A DNA stretch of 64,000 nt. Source: Candidatus Buchananbacteria bacterium (GTDB taxonomy: Bacteria > Patescibacteriota > Patescibacteriia > 2-01-FULL-39-33 > JBAYJR01). This document shows, in pieces, positions 48,899-58,268 of the stretch. A program made the translations under genes and the position numbers. The notes below the pieces were generated by a model, which saw nothing but the letters and a program-made list of their open reading frames with translations, was not told the origin of the DNA and did not search any database. The first letter of the stretch is position 1. Each line of letters opens with the position of its first letter. The stretch spans positions 20,669 through 84,668 of the forward strand of contig JBAYJR010000004.1 of NCBI GenBank assembly GCA_041665005.1, written 5' to 3'.

Positions 48899-50482
48899 AT
48901 GTCCAACAAAATTTACATTTTTGACACCACCTTAAGGGATGGTCAACAGTCAGCTTGTGCCAGACAATTAAGTCTGGAAGAAAATTTAATGGTAGCCCGG
49001 CAATTAGCCGCTTTAAACGTGGATATTATTGAAGCGGGTTTCCCGATCGCCTCCCCCAAAATTAAAGAGGCGGTTACGGCGATTGCCCAGACCATTCAAG
49101 GCCCCACCATCTGCGGTTTAGCGCGCGCCTTGGAACCAGATATTTCAGAATGCTGGGACGCCGTCAGATTTTCTACCGACCCCCGAATTCACACCTTTAT
49201 CGCCACCAGCGATATTCATGTGAACGAAAAATTTAAAAGTTGGGGTAATACTTTAGCCGCCAGACGTGACCGCGTGATCGCCCAAGCGGTGCTAGCGGTT
49301 AAGCTGGCTAAAAGTAAAACTGCTGATGTTGAATTTTCCGCGGAAGATGCTGGCCGTACGGATTTGGGCTATCTAATTGAAGTAGTCGCCGCCACTATTG
49401 CCGCTGGTGCGACTACGATTAACATTCCCGATACGACTGGCTTTTGTACTGGGATTGAAATGTATGAAAAAATTAAAATCCTCAAAGAACGTGTGCCAGG
49501 AATTAATCAGGTGGTATTAAGTGTCCACTGTCATAATGATTTGGGACAAGCCACACCGAATTCTTTGATGGCAATTAAAGCGGGGGCCCGGCAAATTGAA
49601 GGCTGTATTAATGGTGTCGGCGAACGCGCTGGTAACACTCCCTTAGAAGAAGTAATTGTCACTTTGATGACTCGAGCCGACTACTACGGGGTCGGTACAC
49701 AAATCAACACCGAACAACTTAAACAGACCAGTGATTTAGTCGCTAGACTTCTGGCCATCCCCGTCCAACCCAATAAGGCGATTGTTGGAAAAAATGCTTT
49801 TCAGCATGCCGCCGGTATTCATGTTCATGGCGTGACCCTTAATCCTGAAGTTTATGAAGCAGTTGACGCTGGTAAAATTGGTCAGCAAGCCGCGACGATT
49901 GTTTTGACCAGACAAACCGGTAAACATGGTGTACAAAACCGTCTGACCACCTTGGGTTATCAGAATCTTGGCGAAGAATTTATCAACCAATTCTACGAAC
50001 AAAAATTTCTACCATTGGCAGATAAAGTCGGCGAGGTTACCGATCAACATCTCCGCGCTTTAATGGATGAACCACTTAGTAATAAACCAACCGAAATGAT
50101 CATTTATGTTAATTATGACATTGCTAAACGGCAAAATGGTTGGAACGCCTGGTTAAAAGTTAAACTAAATCCCGCCGCTGACTTACTGGAAGAAGCTGGT
50201 CAGGGTGACGGACCAATTGATGCCTTGATTTCAGCTTTAACCAAAATTTCGGCTAAGTTAGATTTAAAGTTTAGCTTAACAAAATTTGAAACGGTTGGCG
50301 TGGCCCGCGGAGCCAATGACTTAGGTGAGGCGACGGTAGTTTTACAAGATAATGGCCTGACCGCTTTGGGTCGGGGTTCCTCAACGGATACCATTGAAGC
50401 GGCAATTAAAGCTGCTATCAATGCGGTCAATCAATTATTAGTGGCGCGGACTGAACCACCAATAATTAAAGACCGACTATAA
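48899..50482 (+). CDS. leuA: 2-isopropylmalate synthase (LeuA/CimA family, with C-terminal LeuA-dimer regulatory domain)
   Basis: IFDTTLRDGQQS N-terminal DRE-TIM motif, HCHNDLG metal site and a ~120-aa C-terminal regulatory domain. The Leu leader upstream supports leuA over cimA. Confidence 0.8.
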   Translation: MSNKIYIFDTTLRDGQQSACARQLSLEENLMVARQLAALNVDIIEAGFPIASPKIKEAVTAIAQTIQGPTICGLARALEPDISECWDAVRFSTDPRIHTFIATSDIHVNEKFKSWGNTLAARRDRVIAQAVLAVKLAKSKTADVEFSAEDAGRTDLGYLIEVVAATIAAGATTINIPDTTGFCTGIEMYEKIKILKERVPGINQVVLSVHCHNDLGQATPNSLMAIKAGARQIEGCINGVGERAGNTPLEEVIVTLMTRADYYGVGTQINTEQLKQTSDLVARLLAIPVQPNKAIVGKNAFQHAAGIHVHGVTLNPEVYEAVDAGKIGQQAATIVLTRQTGKHGVQNRLTTLGYQNLGEEFINQFYEQKFLPLADKVGEVTDQHLRALMDEPLSNKPTEMIIYVNYDIAKRQNGWNAWLKVKLNPAADLLEEAGQGDGPIDALISALTKISAKLDLKFSLTKFETVGVARGANDLGEATVVLQDNGLTALGRGSSTDTIEAAIKAAINAVNQLLVARTEPPIIKDRL

Positions 50483-50488
50483 CAAAAA

Positions 50489-50520
50489 GCCCAGAGAACA
50501 ATTCTCTGGGCTTTTCTATC
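50489..50520 (+). terminator. Bidirectional intrinsic terminator
   Basis: GCCCAGAGAA-caa-TTCTCTGGGC perfect 10-bp stem, with a T-run after it and an A-run before it. Confidence 0.7.
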
Positions 50521-50531
50521 TGACAAAAATT

Positions 50532-50846
50532 TTAGTAACGACTGCGGCCAAAACCTCTGCTGCTGCCGCTATTGCCACCAGCGCGAGGAGCGCGTGGCTC
50601 CATTGGTCTGGCTTCGTTGACTTTCAAGGCACGGCCTTCAAAGTCTTTGCCGTCAAGCATTTCAATGGCTTTGGCAGCTTCTTCATCAGAAGCCATTTCT
50701 ACGAAACCAAAACCTTTGGATCTACCTGACATCTTGTCAGTTATAATAGTAGCGGATTCTACAGCACCGGCCTGAGCAAAATAATCTTGCAAAGACTGTT
50801 GAGTGGTGCCATAGGATAAACCACCGACATATAACTTTTTTCCCAT
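50532..50846 (-). CDS. RRM-domain RNA-binding protein with Gly/Arg-rich tail
   Basis: ATG at 50844-50846 (the track uses an upstream TTG). RNP2/RNP1 motifs LYVGGL and KGFGFVEM; the C-terminal RAPRAGGNSGSSRGFGRSRY. Confidence 0.8.
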   Translation of the reverse strand: MGKKLYVGGLSYGTTQQSLQDYFAQAGAVESATIITDKMSGRSKGFGFVEMASDEEAAKAIEMLDGKDFEGRALKVNEARPMEPRAPRAGGNSGSSRGFGRSRY

Positions 50847-51041
50847 AAAATGTATATTTGACTTAATTAAATGCAAGTCGACCTCTTCTAAGTCGTTCCT
50901 CGCTTAAGCCCAAATAGATTATGGGCAAGACAAAGGAAAACTACTTAAAACTACTTACAATAAACAGTATAGCACAAAAAATAGTTAATGTCAAGCTGTA
51001 AATTAGTCGCTAATTAACAACTTTTTGTTACTTATTCACTC

Positions 51042-51443
51042 TTAAAACAAGCCGTGATCGTGAAAACACTTAACATATTTTTTGTCTTGAACACTCAAAT
51101 GATCAACCAACCAATCTTCCAAAAAATCTAACAGTTCTGTCGCCACCTCTTGGCCGGCTTCATAAGCTTTTTTTAAAGCTAAAACTTTGGTAGTTAATTT
51201 TTGATGTTCTGCCTTATGCTCAACCGAAAATTCATAATTAAACAAATCAAAATATTTTTCTTCGGTTGCAAAATGATTAGTTGCATAAACTACCAGATCA
51301 TTGATAATCTTTTCTATAGCTTGAGTTACTTGTTGCTCAGTAATTGCTGTATAGAGACCGTTTAAAATACCAATAAAATGTTGGTGCTGTTGATCAATTT
51401 CTTTAACCCCTACGCTATATTCTTCCTGCCAAATAATTGCCAT
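51042..51443 (-). CDS. Hemerythrin-like (bacteriohemerythrin) domain protein
   Basis: 133 aa, MAIIWQEEYSVGVKEIDQQHQHFIGILNGLY...HFATEEKYF...EHKAEH, the HHE cation-binding pattern. Confidence 0.75.
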   Translation of the reverse strand: MAIIWQEEYSVGVKEIDQQHQHFIGILNGLYTAITEQQVTQAIEKIINDLVVYATNHFATEEKYFDLFNYEFSVEHKAEHQKLTTKVLALKKAYEAGQEVATELLDFLEDWLVDHLSVQDKKYVKCFHDHGLF

Positions 51444-51557
51444 ACAAATTTTAGTTACTAATTAATAGTCTTATTATAGCATTATCTTTTAAAATTTTCA
51501 CTGCTAATTAATAAGCGGGCGGGGTGCCAGGAGCAAAGTCGGGGCATACAAATTTAT

Positions 51558-52631
51558 TTAAAAAATACTCACCGCAAAACGAACAGATTTTCTAGGACTA
51601 GAATACGTCGGCTCGTTCTCATCCAACTCGACCCGCGCATGACTACGGTAAAAATAGGCATACGGCACGCCGACGGGTTTTACAAAACAACTATTAAGCA
51701 GGTTGCAAGATTTACCTAAACCCTGACTATTATCAATCACTTGGTTAGTTTGTTCTAAGTGGCTTAAGCCATAAACCAACCAGGATTCTGGAGTTAAACC
51801 TTGTTCACCTTTATACTGAGGGTCAGTTTGGAGTTGTTTAAGGTACTCATCCGGCGTTTGATCGGATTCTGGTTGCTGACGATTAGCTATGGTTTTACCT
51901 TTACCTTTAAATGGAAGGTTTGGCAAGTCTTCAAGTAACAGGACCTGCCAGGCTTGGGTGGGTAAAAGTTCCTGTTTGGTTTTACCTTGATGATCATCAG
52001 AAAATTCTTTGGGGAAATATACTAATTCACCAGTGGCTTCGGCTTGGATATAATATTTAGTATCCTCATTATCAATAAACCTACCACCGACATATCCATC
52101 AAGCTCTAGGAGCTTACCTTGAGTGTCCAATAGCTTGCCTTGTTGATAATTTTCCATTAAAGCATTGCTATAAGCATCTATTAGGGAACTAATTGGCAAA
52201 CCAAAGGGAACAATAATTAGTTTAACAAAGCCTTGTGGTATTTTGGTTTCCAAGAGTTCTCGTTTTTCTAACATCCTTTCTTCAATCTGTTCTAGGGTGG
52301 GTATGGGGTATTCCTGCTTATCAATTGCTTCAATGCCTAATTCGCCAGTGGAAATTTTCTTTAGTAAGCCAGCCTTGATGAGAATTTCTTTCTGAAATTC
52401 ATATTGGGCTTTAAGGTTTTCTCGGGTTAACTCAGGAGTTTCTAGCCATATTTTGTTTTGGAGGTCTTGGAGGGTTTGGTTTAGGTTGGCTTTGATGTTT
52501 CTGATGAATATAAGATCATTAGACTTTTTGGAGTCTGAGTTTTTGACTTTAGACAATTCCAAATCAAACTCTACCTTGAGTTGTTTGAGGGAGGCTAGTT
52601 TGGTAGTGAGTTCGGGGCAAAGTTGGGGCGT
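51558..52631 (-). pseudogene. Paralog family member 4 (N-module plus domain 'A') whose ancestral ATG is ACG; possible pseudogene or non-AUG-initiated gene
   Basis: The reading frame continues upstream of the track start (TTG at 52560-52562) and encodes TPQLCPELTTKLASLKQLKVEFDLE, colinear with the MPQLCPELTTKL... starts of the paralogs. The homologous start codon at 52629-52631 is ACG. An in-frame TAA lies 2 codons upstream and the only in-frame near-cognate codons are ATT or TTG. Confidence 0.5.
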
Positions 52632-52641
52632 AGAAATTTAT

Positions 52642-53811
52642 TCAATCTACTTTATCACCATCCCAGATTTTAACAGCCTCATCCCAACTACCCGAAACAA
52701 TGCGGCCATCGGGGAGAACTTGGATGGCGGACACAGAATCAGTATGTCCTTTGAGGGTTTGAGTATTTTGATAGTTGCCTTGGCTATCTGGTTGCCAAAT
52801 CTTAATGGTGCTGTCAAAACTACCCGAAACAATGCGGCCATCGGGTAGGACTTGGAGGGTCCACACAGGGCCATTATGTCCTTTGAGGGTTTGGGTGTTT
52901 TGATAGTTGCCTTGGCTGTCTGGTTGCCAGATTTTGATAGTTTTATCAGAGCTACCCGAAACTATCCGGCCATCAAGGAGGACTTGGAGGGTAGGCACAG
53001 AATTAGCATGTCCTTTGAGGGTTTGGGTATTTTGATATTTGTTTTGGCTGTTTAATTCCCAAATTTTAATAGTGCTATCATCACCCGAAACAATGCGACC
53101 GTCGGGTAGGACTTGGAGGGTCCACACAGGGCCAGTATGTCCTTCAAGAGTTTGAGTGATTTGATAGTTGTTTTGTTTGTCTAGTTCCCAGATTTTAATA
53201 GTGTTGTCATTACTACCCGAAACAATACGACTATCAGGGAGGACTTGCAGAATGAACACAGAATCAGCATGTCCTCTAAGAGTTTGTGTATTCTGATAGT
53301 CGCCTAGGCTGTCTGATTTCCAGATTTTAATAGTTTTATCATCACTACCTGAAACAATGCGGCTATCGGGTAGGACTTGAAGGGTGAGCACAGAATCAGT
53401 ATGTCCTTTGAGGGTTTGTGTATTTTTATAATTGCCTCGTCTATCTAGTTGCCAGATTTTGATAGTGTCATCATGACCACCCGAAACAATCCGACCATCG
53501 GTTAGGGTTTGCAGAGCACGCACAGAATTAATATGCCCTTCGAGAGTTTTAATTTCGTGATAATTTATTTTCTTTTCTACCGTGGTTAGCTCTTGAGGAG
53601 AATTGGCATAAAACTTTTGCCATTCAATTAGCGTAATTTGTTTCCGAAGCTCTTTAAGGGCTTGGTTTAGTTTAATCTTAGCTTCTCTGACCAAAACTAA
53701 ATCCTCTGTCTTGCCTGTTTGGGGTAGACTGGATAATTCCAAATCAAACTGTTGTTTGAGTTGTTTGAGGGAGGCTAGTTTGGTGGTAAGTTCGGGGCAA
53801 AGTTGGGGCAT
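52642..53811 (-). CDS. Paralog family member 5: N-terminal module fused to a seven-bladed WD40 repeat domain
   Basis: 389 aa, MPQLCPELTTKLASLKQLKQQFDLELSSLPQTGKTEDL...WQKFY..., followed by 7 near-identical WD40 units (GHTDSVLTLQVLPDSRIVSGSDDKTIKIW ...). Confidence 0.7.
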   Translation of the reverse strand: MPQLCPELTTKLASLKQLKQQFDLELSSLPQTGKTEDLVLVREAKIKLNQALKELRKQITLIEWQKFYANSPQELTTVEKKINYHEIKTLEGHINSVRALQTLTDGRIVSGGHDDTIKIWQLDRRGNYKNTQTLKGHTDSVLTLQVLPDSRIVSGSDDKTIKIWKSDSLGDYQNTQTLRGHADSVFILQVLPDSRIVSGSNDNTIKIWELDKQNNYQITQTLEGHTGPVWTLQVLPDGRIVSGDDSTIKIWELNSQNKYQNTQTLKGHANSVPTLQVLLDGRIVSGSSDKTIKIWQPDSQGNYQNTQTLKGHNGPVWTLQVLPDGRIVSGSFDSTIKIWQPDSQGNYQNTQTLKGHTDSVSAIQVLPDGRIVSGSWDEAVKIWDGDKVD

Positions 53812-53973
53812 AGAAATATTTCAAAATTTAACTGATTTTTGACATCTAAACTATGCTTATCTTAACAAAAACCCATACTTTTTACAAACAATTTAACTTG
53901 GTTGGCCATCTTTAGTTCAACAACTAATCTTAGGTTCTATTGGGTGTTTTAATTATTATTTATTTTTAACCCT

Positions 53974-54312
53974 GTCAGAAGCACCCTGGGTCTGGGTGAC
54001 AATTGAGCGTCAAGGATTAAGAATGAAAAACAAACAAACTATCAGCTAGTAGAGCGCCAGCCCCAGGCTGGTCCGCCTGGGGCGGAAATTTGTCACCCAG
54101 CAGTTTTGGATACTTCCTGCCTGCCGGCAGGCAGGTTGCTGCCAAAAGTATCAAGAAATAATAAGGAGGGTGTTCTGCTGAGAAGTAGTCACTTCGGGAG
54201 TAATAGTGACAACCTAAATTAATCTGGATTCCGGGTCAAGCCCGGAATGACAAAGGGATTGGATCCTGAATCCGCCGCCGATGGCGGGGCAAGCAAACCA
54301 GGAATGACAAAT
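53974..54312. repeat. Structured GC-rich intergenic repeat element, copy 2
   Basis: Homologous to 30332..30610 at both ends. Double hairpin at 54057-54086; long-range pairing CTGGGTGACAAAT (53988-54000 region) with ATTTGTCACCCAG (54086-54100); an internal perfect palindrome CCTGCCTGCCGGCAGGCAGG; a ~55-nt internal duplication of the GGAATGACAAA end. Confidence 0.6.
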
Positions 54313-54363
54313 AAAAAAACACCTCACAATCCCCCGCCGCCAAAAGATCGTTTGGTGCTTTAT

Positions 54364-54795
54364 TTAAAGTTGCCCCGTGGAACCAAATTTACCTCGGCTA
54401 ATTTTATGGGCCTTGGTAATTTCCTGAAACTTAACTTTTTCGTAACGCAAAACCAACAACTGGGCGATTCTAACACCCCGCTTAATGACTACGGTTTTTT
54501 TAGTAATATTTAAAGCGGCTAACAAATATTCATCTTCATCTCCACAAAAATCGGCGTCACCAATGCCAATCGCGTTGGCCGGCATAATCCCTAATTTATG
54601 CGTTGAGCCACGCGCGGCCAATAACACAAAACAGTCTTTAGGAATTTTTAAAATAACATTGAGCGGAATATAACCAATTTTCCCGGGTAAAATTTTAACA
54701 TCAATTCTAGCGGACAAATCCAAACCCGCCGCGCCCTTAGTTTTATAGGCCGGTAAAGGCAAGTTTTTATCTACTCGTTTAATTTTGATTTGCAT
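54364..54795 (-). CDS. dut: dUTP diphosphatase
   Basis: 143 aa, MQIKIKRVDKNLPLPAYKTKGAAGLDLSA..., a dUTPase jelly-roll with conserved motifs. Confidence 0.85.
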   Translation of the reverse strand: MQIKIKRVDKNLPLPAYKTKGAAGLDLSARIDVKILPGKIGYIPLNVILKIPKDCFVLLAARGSTHKLGIMPANAIGIGDADFCGDEDEYLLAALNITKKTVVIKRGVRIAQLLVLRYEKVKFQEITKAHKISRGKFGSTGQL

Positions 54796-54880
54796 ACCTT
54801 AATATTATAGCAAACCAAGCAAAAATACCAAACTAATAAAAAAGAGCTATAAGTTTTTGCTTATAGCTCTGATAAAATTT

Positions 54881-55684
54881 CTAACTGGATTTTTTAGTAA
54901 GCATCAACAGACTTTCCTTGAAAATCTCCCCGGAGAATTCTCCTCCTCCGGCGATTTCTTCGGTTAATGCCTGGAAAAATCCAATCCCCTCAGCATGTTG
55001 GCGATCAAGCGCCTTCATATTCGCCAAGGCGGCCAAATTCTGGCCAGTCAGCCGAGCTTTCAAATATTCTCGGATGACCAATTCATAAAAATTCTTTTGG
55101 CGTTTATGTTCCTTAACAAACTCCAAAAGTTTCCGAATCTTTTCCTGACCAGCCGAAACGCTCTGGGCAACCGGCAGTTCACAAACTGCCGCAAAGAACG
55201 CCGCTACTTCATTGCTATCGCTCCCAAAAAAGTTGCCACCGAAGTCTCCGCTGTCACCGAAAAACTCCAATTGACCAGCGGGATTAATTCTGAGATGCCC
55301 ACCGACATAAACATACGGAGAAAAATAACTCTCCGTGAACTTATCGTCGTGCTCAACGGTAAGCTCTTTCAAAATCTTACCGTGTTCGTGGACAATATCG
55401 CGATGGTTTGGTAGGTCTAGACTGGCTAGATCGGCCAAAATCAGATCACCAAAGTTAGTGAATCTGATCCCCAGGACATATTTTTGATCTTTTGCAATAT
55501 TAGCTCCCTGCTCAATCAGGGTTCTAATATTCAAACAAGCAATCTTGTCCGGATTAAATGGTATATTACCTTCCGAACAAATTGCAAAACCGAACATCCG
55601 TTTTGCCAAATTACTCGCAGCCTCGATAAAGGCCCGATTAATTGGCATAATTAAACCAACTTCTTTATTGTTTAGTATATTCAT
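54881..55684 (-). CDS. Hypothetical protein
   Basis: 267-aa ORF with no recognisable motifs. Confidence 0.4.
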   Translation of the reverse strand: MNILNNKEVGLIMPINRAFIEAASNLAKRMFGFAICSEGNIPFNPDKIACLNIRTLIEQGANIAKDQKYVLGIRFTNFGDLILADLASLDLPNHRDIVHEHGKILKELTVEHDDKFTESYFSPYVYVGGHLRINPAGQLEFFGDSGDFGGNFFGSDSNEVAAFFAAVCELPVAQSVSAGQEKIRKLLEFVKEHKRQKNFYELVIREYLKARLTGQNLAALANMKALDRQHAEGIGFFQALTEEIAGGGEFSGEIFKESLLMLTKKSS

Positions 55685-55872
55685 TTTTCCCTCCTAATAA
55701 ATTGTAATTATAAGCTAAAAAGCTTATTTAAAATCCTAGCACTTTTTGGCCCTATTGTCAATAACCCAAAACATCAAACTTGATTACCTTGATAATAAAT
55801 TAAGCGTAAAATAAAAACCTCTTACTAAAAAACCGTTAGAACTGTTTTTAACAATTCTAACGGTTTTAAATT

Positions 55873-56655
55873 TTAATAAAATTTCTTATTATAGTAGGTT
55901 AGTTTTAACCTACCATTTTCTCCATGTTGTGGCATTCCAGAATACAGGGTAACTCCACAATTACAGGGTTTGTAGTTACGATCGAGTTCCATAAACTCTT
56001 TTTCCGACAACCGTTCCAAATTGGCTCTAATGCCCAAAATGGATAAATGATGAGTAATAACCAAAACTTTTTTGCTGTGGTAGTCCCGCACTAAAGAATT
56101 GATCCATGACCGTAAACGATCACGTAGCATCGGCACATTTTCGCCTTGAGGATAAGTGTACCAATATAATCCCTGCCTCTCATTCAGTAATCTCTGCTCG
56201 GGATGAAGCGTCTGAAAAACGCGCCAGTCATTATACAGAGAGCTGATCCCGTGGTCCTGCTCTCTAATACGCTCTTCTTCAAAAGTCTTAACATTAGCTA
56301 ACTCCGGCCAACCCGCTACTAAGCCTTTAAAAGTTTGGCGGGTTCTTAAATAGGGTGAACAGAATATCACCTCTGGTAGGTCAAACTTTTCTTTTAAGGC
56401 CACGCCAACAGTTTTGGCGTTTTTACTTTCAACATCTACTAACGAAGTGTTAGCATCGCTAACCTCTAAGGCATATTTGCGAGCTATCACCCTGGCTAAC
56501 TCTACAGTCGCCAAGCTTTCTGGTTCGGTTTCAAAGGCCTTAATAAACTGCTGATAAGTTGGATCTTTAGCCTTTTGATGTTTCAGAACATTATGTTCTG
56601 AAACATCATGACGAATCAAGACCAGCCACTGCGGCCATTTCATATATTTCTCCAT
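55873..56655 (-). CDS. Histidine-phosphatase superfamily protein (branch 1-like, divergent)
   Basis: Catalytic-like WLVLIRHDVSEHN and LVITHHLSILGIRA. Divergent RHD instead of RHG. Confidence 0.45.
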   Translation of the reverse strand: MEKYMKWPQWLVLIRHDVSEHNVLKHQKAKDPTYQQFIKAFETEPESLATVELARVIARKYALEVSDANTSLVDVESKNAKTVGVALKEKFDLPEVIFCSPYLRTRQTFKGLVAGWPELANVKTFEEERIREQDHGISSLYNDWRVFQTLHPEQRLLNERQGLYWYTYPQGENVPMLRDRLRSWINSLVRDYHSKKVLVITHHLSILGIRANLERLSEKEFMELDRNYKPCNCGVTLYSGMPQHGENGRLKLTYYNKKFY

Positions 56656-56769
56656 ATCTTCCTCCTTTTAATTTTATTTATTTTAATCTAACACAATCAG
56701 TCCGGCTTGTCAATCATAAAACGACCAAGAAATTTGTTGGCCGTCTAACAACAAAAAAAATAAGCTTCT

Positions 56770-56844
56770 TGGCTCTGCGAGCTGGACTCGAACCAGCAAC
56801 CTACCGGTTAACAGCCGGTTGCTCTACCATTGAGCTATCGCAGA
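56770..56844 (-). tRNA. tRNA-Asn (anticodon GTT), CCA encoded
   Basis: Manual fold: acceptor TCTGCGA/TCGCAGA, D-arm GCTC-AATGGTA-GAGC, anticodon arm ACCGG-CTGTTAA-CCGGT (GUU), T-arm GCTGG-TTCGAGT-CCAGC, discriminator G, CCA. Confidence 0.85.
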
Positions 56845-56967
56845 ACCAAAAAGCTTATCTTAAATTTTAAACAATCATCTTAAACAACGTACCTACCATT
56901 GCCAGCCCAAGGCTGGTCGGCCTCGGGCCGAAGCTATCGCAGAACCAAAAAGCTTATCTTAAATTTT
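56833..56967. repeat. Tandem ~97-bp duplication of the tRNA-Asn 5' end plus upstream flank, with a 30-nt GC-rich double-hairpin inserted in the D-loop of the fragment copy
   Basis: AGCTATCGCAGAACCAAAAAGCTTATCTTAAATTTTA occurs at 56833-56869 and 56931-56967. Between them CCAGCCCAAGGCTGGTCGGCCTCGGGCCGA (56902-56931) interrupts ...CAATGGTAG / GATAGCT of a tRNA 5'-fragment copy. Confidence 0.6.
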
Positions 56968-57007
56968 ACTCCCTGTATAATAACGAATTTTTTAAAAATC
57001 GTCAAGG

Positions 57008-58267
57008 TTAATAGTCTCTTAACTTTTCAATGCCTTTAAATTTTTCAATTTTTTCCAAGGCTTTGGCCTCAATTTGCCGAATCCGTTCGCGAGTGACGTC
57101 AAATTCTTTACCCACTTCCTCTAAAGTGTGCGAAACCCCATCCAATAAGCCAAACCGCATTTCTAGCACCTTTTGTTCCCGCGGCGTAAGCTCGCGAATT
57201 ACTTCTTTAACGTAATCACGCAACAATTGCAAAGCCGCCACTCGGTCCGGAGTTACGGTTTTAACATCCTCAATAAAGTCTTCCAAAGTGCTATCATCAT
57301 CGTCTTCACCAACCGAAGTACCCAAAGAAATAGTTTCTTGAGAAATTTTAATAATGTGATTGATTTTTTCTATATCTTCATTCATTTCCGAAGCAATTTC
57401 TTCGGGCAAAGGTTCGCGACCCAAATCTTGAATTAACTGCCGTTCAATCTGTTGAAATTTATTAATATTTTCTACCATATGCACCGGAATACGAATCGTC
57501 CGTGACTGATCAGCCAAACTGCGCGTAATTGCCTGCCTAATCCACCAAGTAGCATAAGTAGAAAATTTATAGCCCCGACGATAATCAAATTTTTCGACCG
57601 CCCGAAACAAACCGATATTACCTTCTTGAATCAGATCTAACAAGCTTAAACTTTTACCTACAAATTTTTTGGCGATTGAAACCACTAACCGTAAATTGGC
57701 CTCAATTAATTTATGGCGAGCCTCTTGATCCCCTCGCTCAATCCTTTTGGCTAACACCGTTTCTTCTTCCGAAGCCAATAATGGCACTTTGCCAATTTCG
57801 CGTAAATACATTTGAATTGAATCATCAGAAATTTCACCCAAATCTAACGGGGATTTTTCACGAAAGGCCACTTTGGCCAAAATTTCTTCCCGCGTTTTAC
57901 TGGTCAACAAAACGCCGCCCGGTTCAACAATGGAAACGCTGTTAAGCTGTAGCTTGTCTAAAAAATCTTCGTATAGTTCTAAATATTCCTCCACTTCGGC
58001 AAAAACCTTCATTACTTCTATCTCAGTCAAAAAACCGCGCGACCGGCCTTTGCGCAACAATTCTTTCAATTCTATTTCAGTTGGTTTAATAACTGGTAAA
58101 ACTACTTCCTTTTTAATTTTAACCTCGGCCTTAGACTTAGATTTTTTAAATCTAATTTTAGCCTTAGGTATTTTTTTTACCTTGGCAAATTTTTTAGCCT
58201 TAACTGATTTTTTAACTTTGAAAAGTTTTTTAAACTTTTTAATAATTTTAGATTTGGCTTTAGCCAT
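57008..58267 (-). CDS. rpoD: RNA polymerase sigma factor RpoD (sigma-70) with Lys-rich N-terminal tail
   Basis: Regions 2-4: [40 protein letters not shown], and region 4.2 [24 protein letters not shown]. Confidence 0.9.
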   Translation of the reverse strand: MAKAKSKIIKKFKKLFKVKKSVKAKKFAKVKKIPKAKIRFKKSKSKAEVKIKKEVVLPVIKPTEIELKELLRKGRSRGFLTEIEVMKVFAEVEEYLELYEDFLDKLQLNSVSIVEPGGVLLTSKTREEILAKVAFREKSPLDLGEISDDSIQMYLREIGKVPLLASEEETVLAKRIERGDQEARHKLIEANLRLVVSIAKKFVGKSLSLLDLIQEGNIGLFRAVEKFDYRRGYKFSTYATWWIRQAITRSLADQSRTIRIPVHMVENINKFQQIERQLIQDLGREPLPEEIASEMNEDIEKINHIIKISQETISLGTSVGEDDDDSTLEDFIEDVKTVTPDRVAALQLLRDYVKEVIRELTPREQKVLEMRFGLLDGVSHTLEEVGKEFDVTRERIRQIEAKALEKIEKFKGIEKLRDY

Positions 58268-58268
58268 A

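Noticed and set aside
54247-54513. 88-aa ORF spanning the end of repeat copy 2 and running antisense into dut
   Set aside because: It overlaps dut on the opposite strand, its sequence is Pro/Gly-rich low complexity, and it has no RBS.
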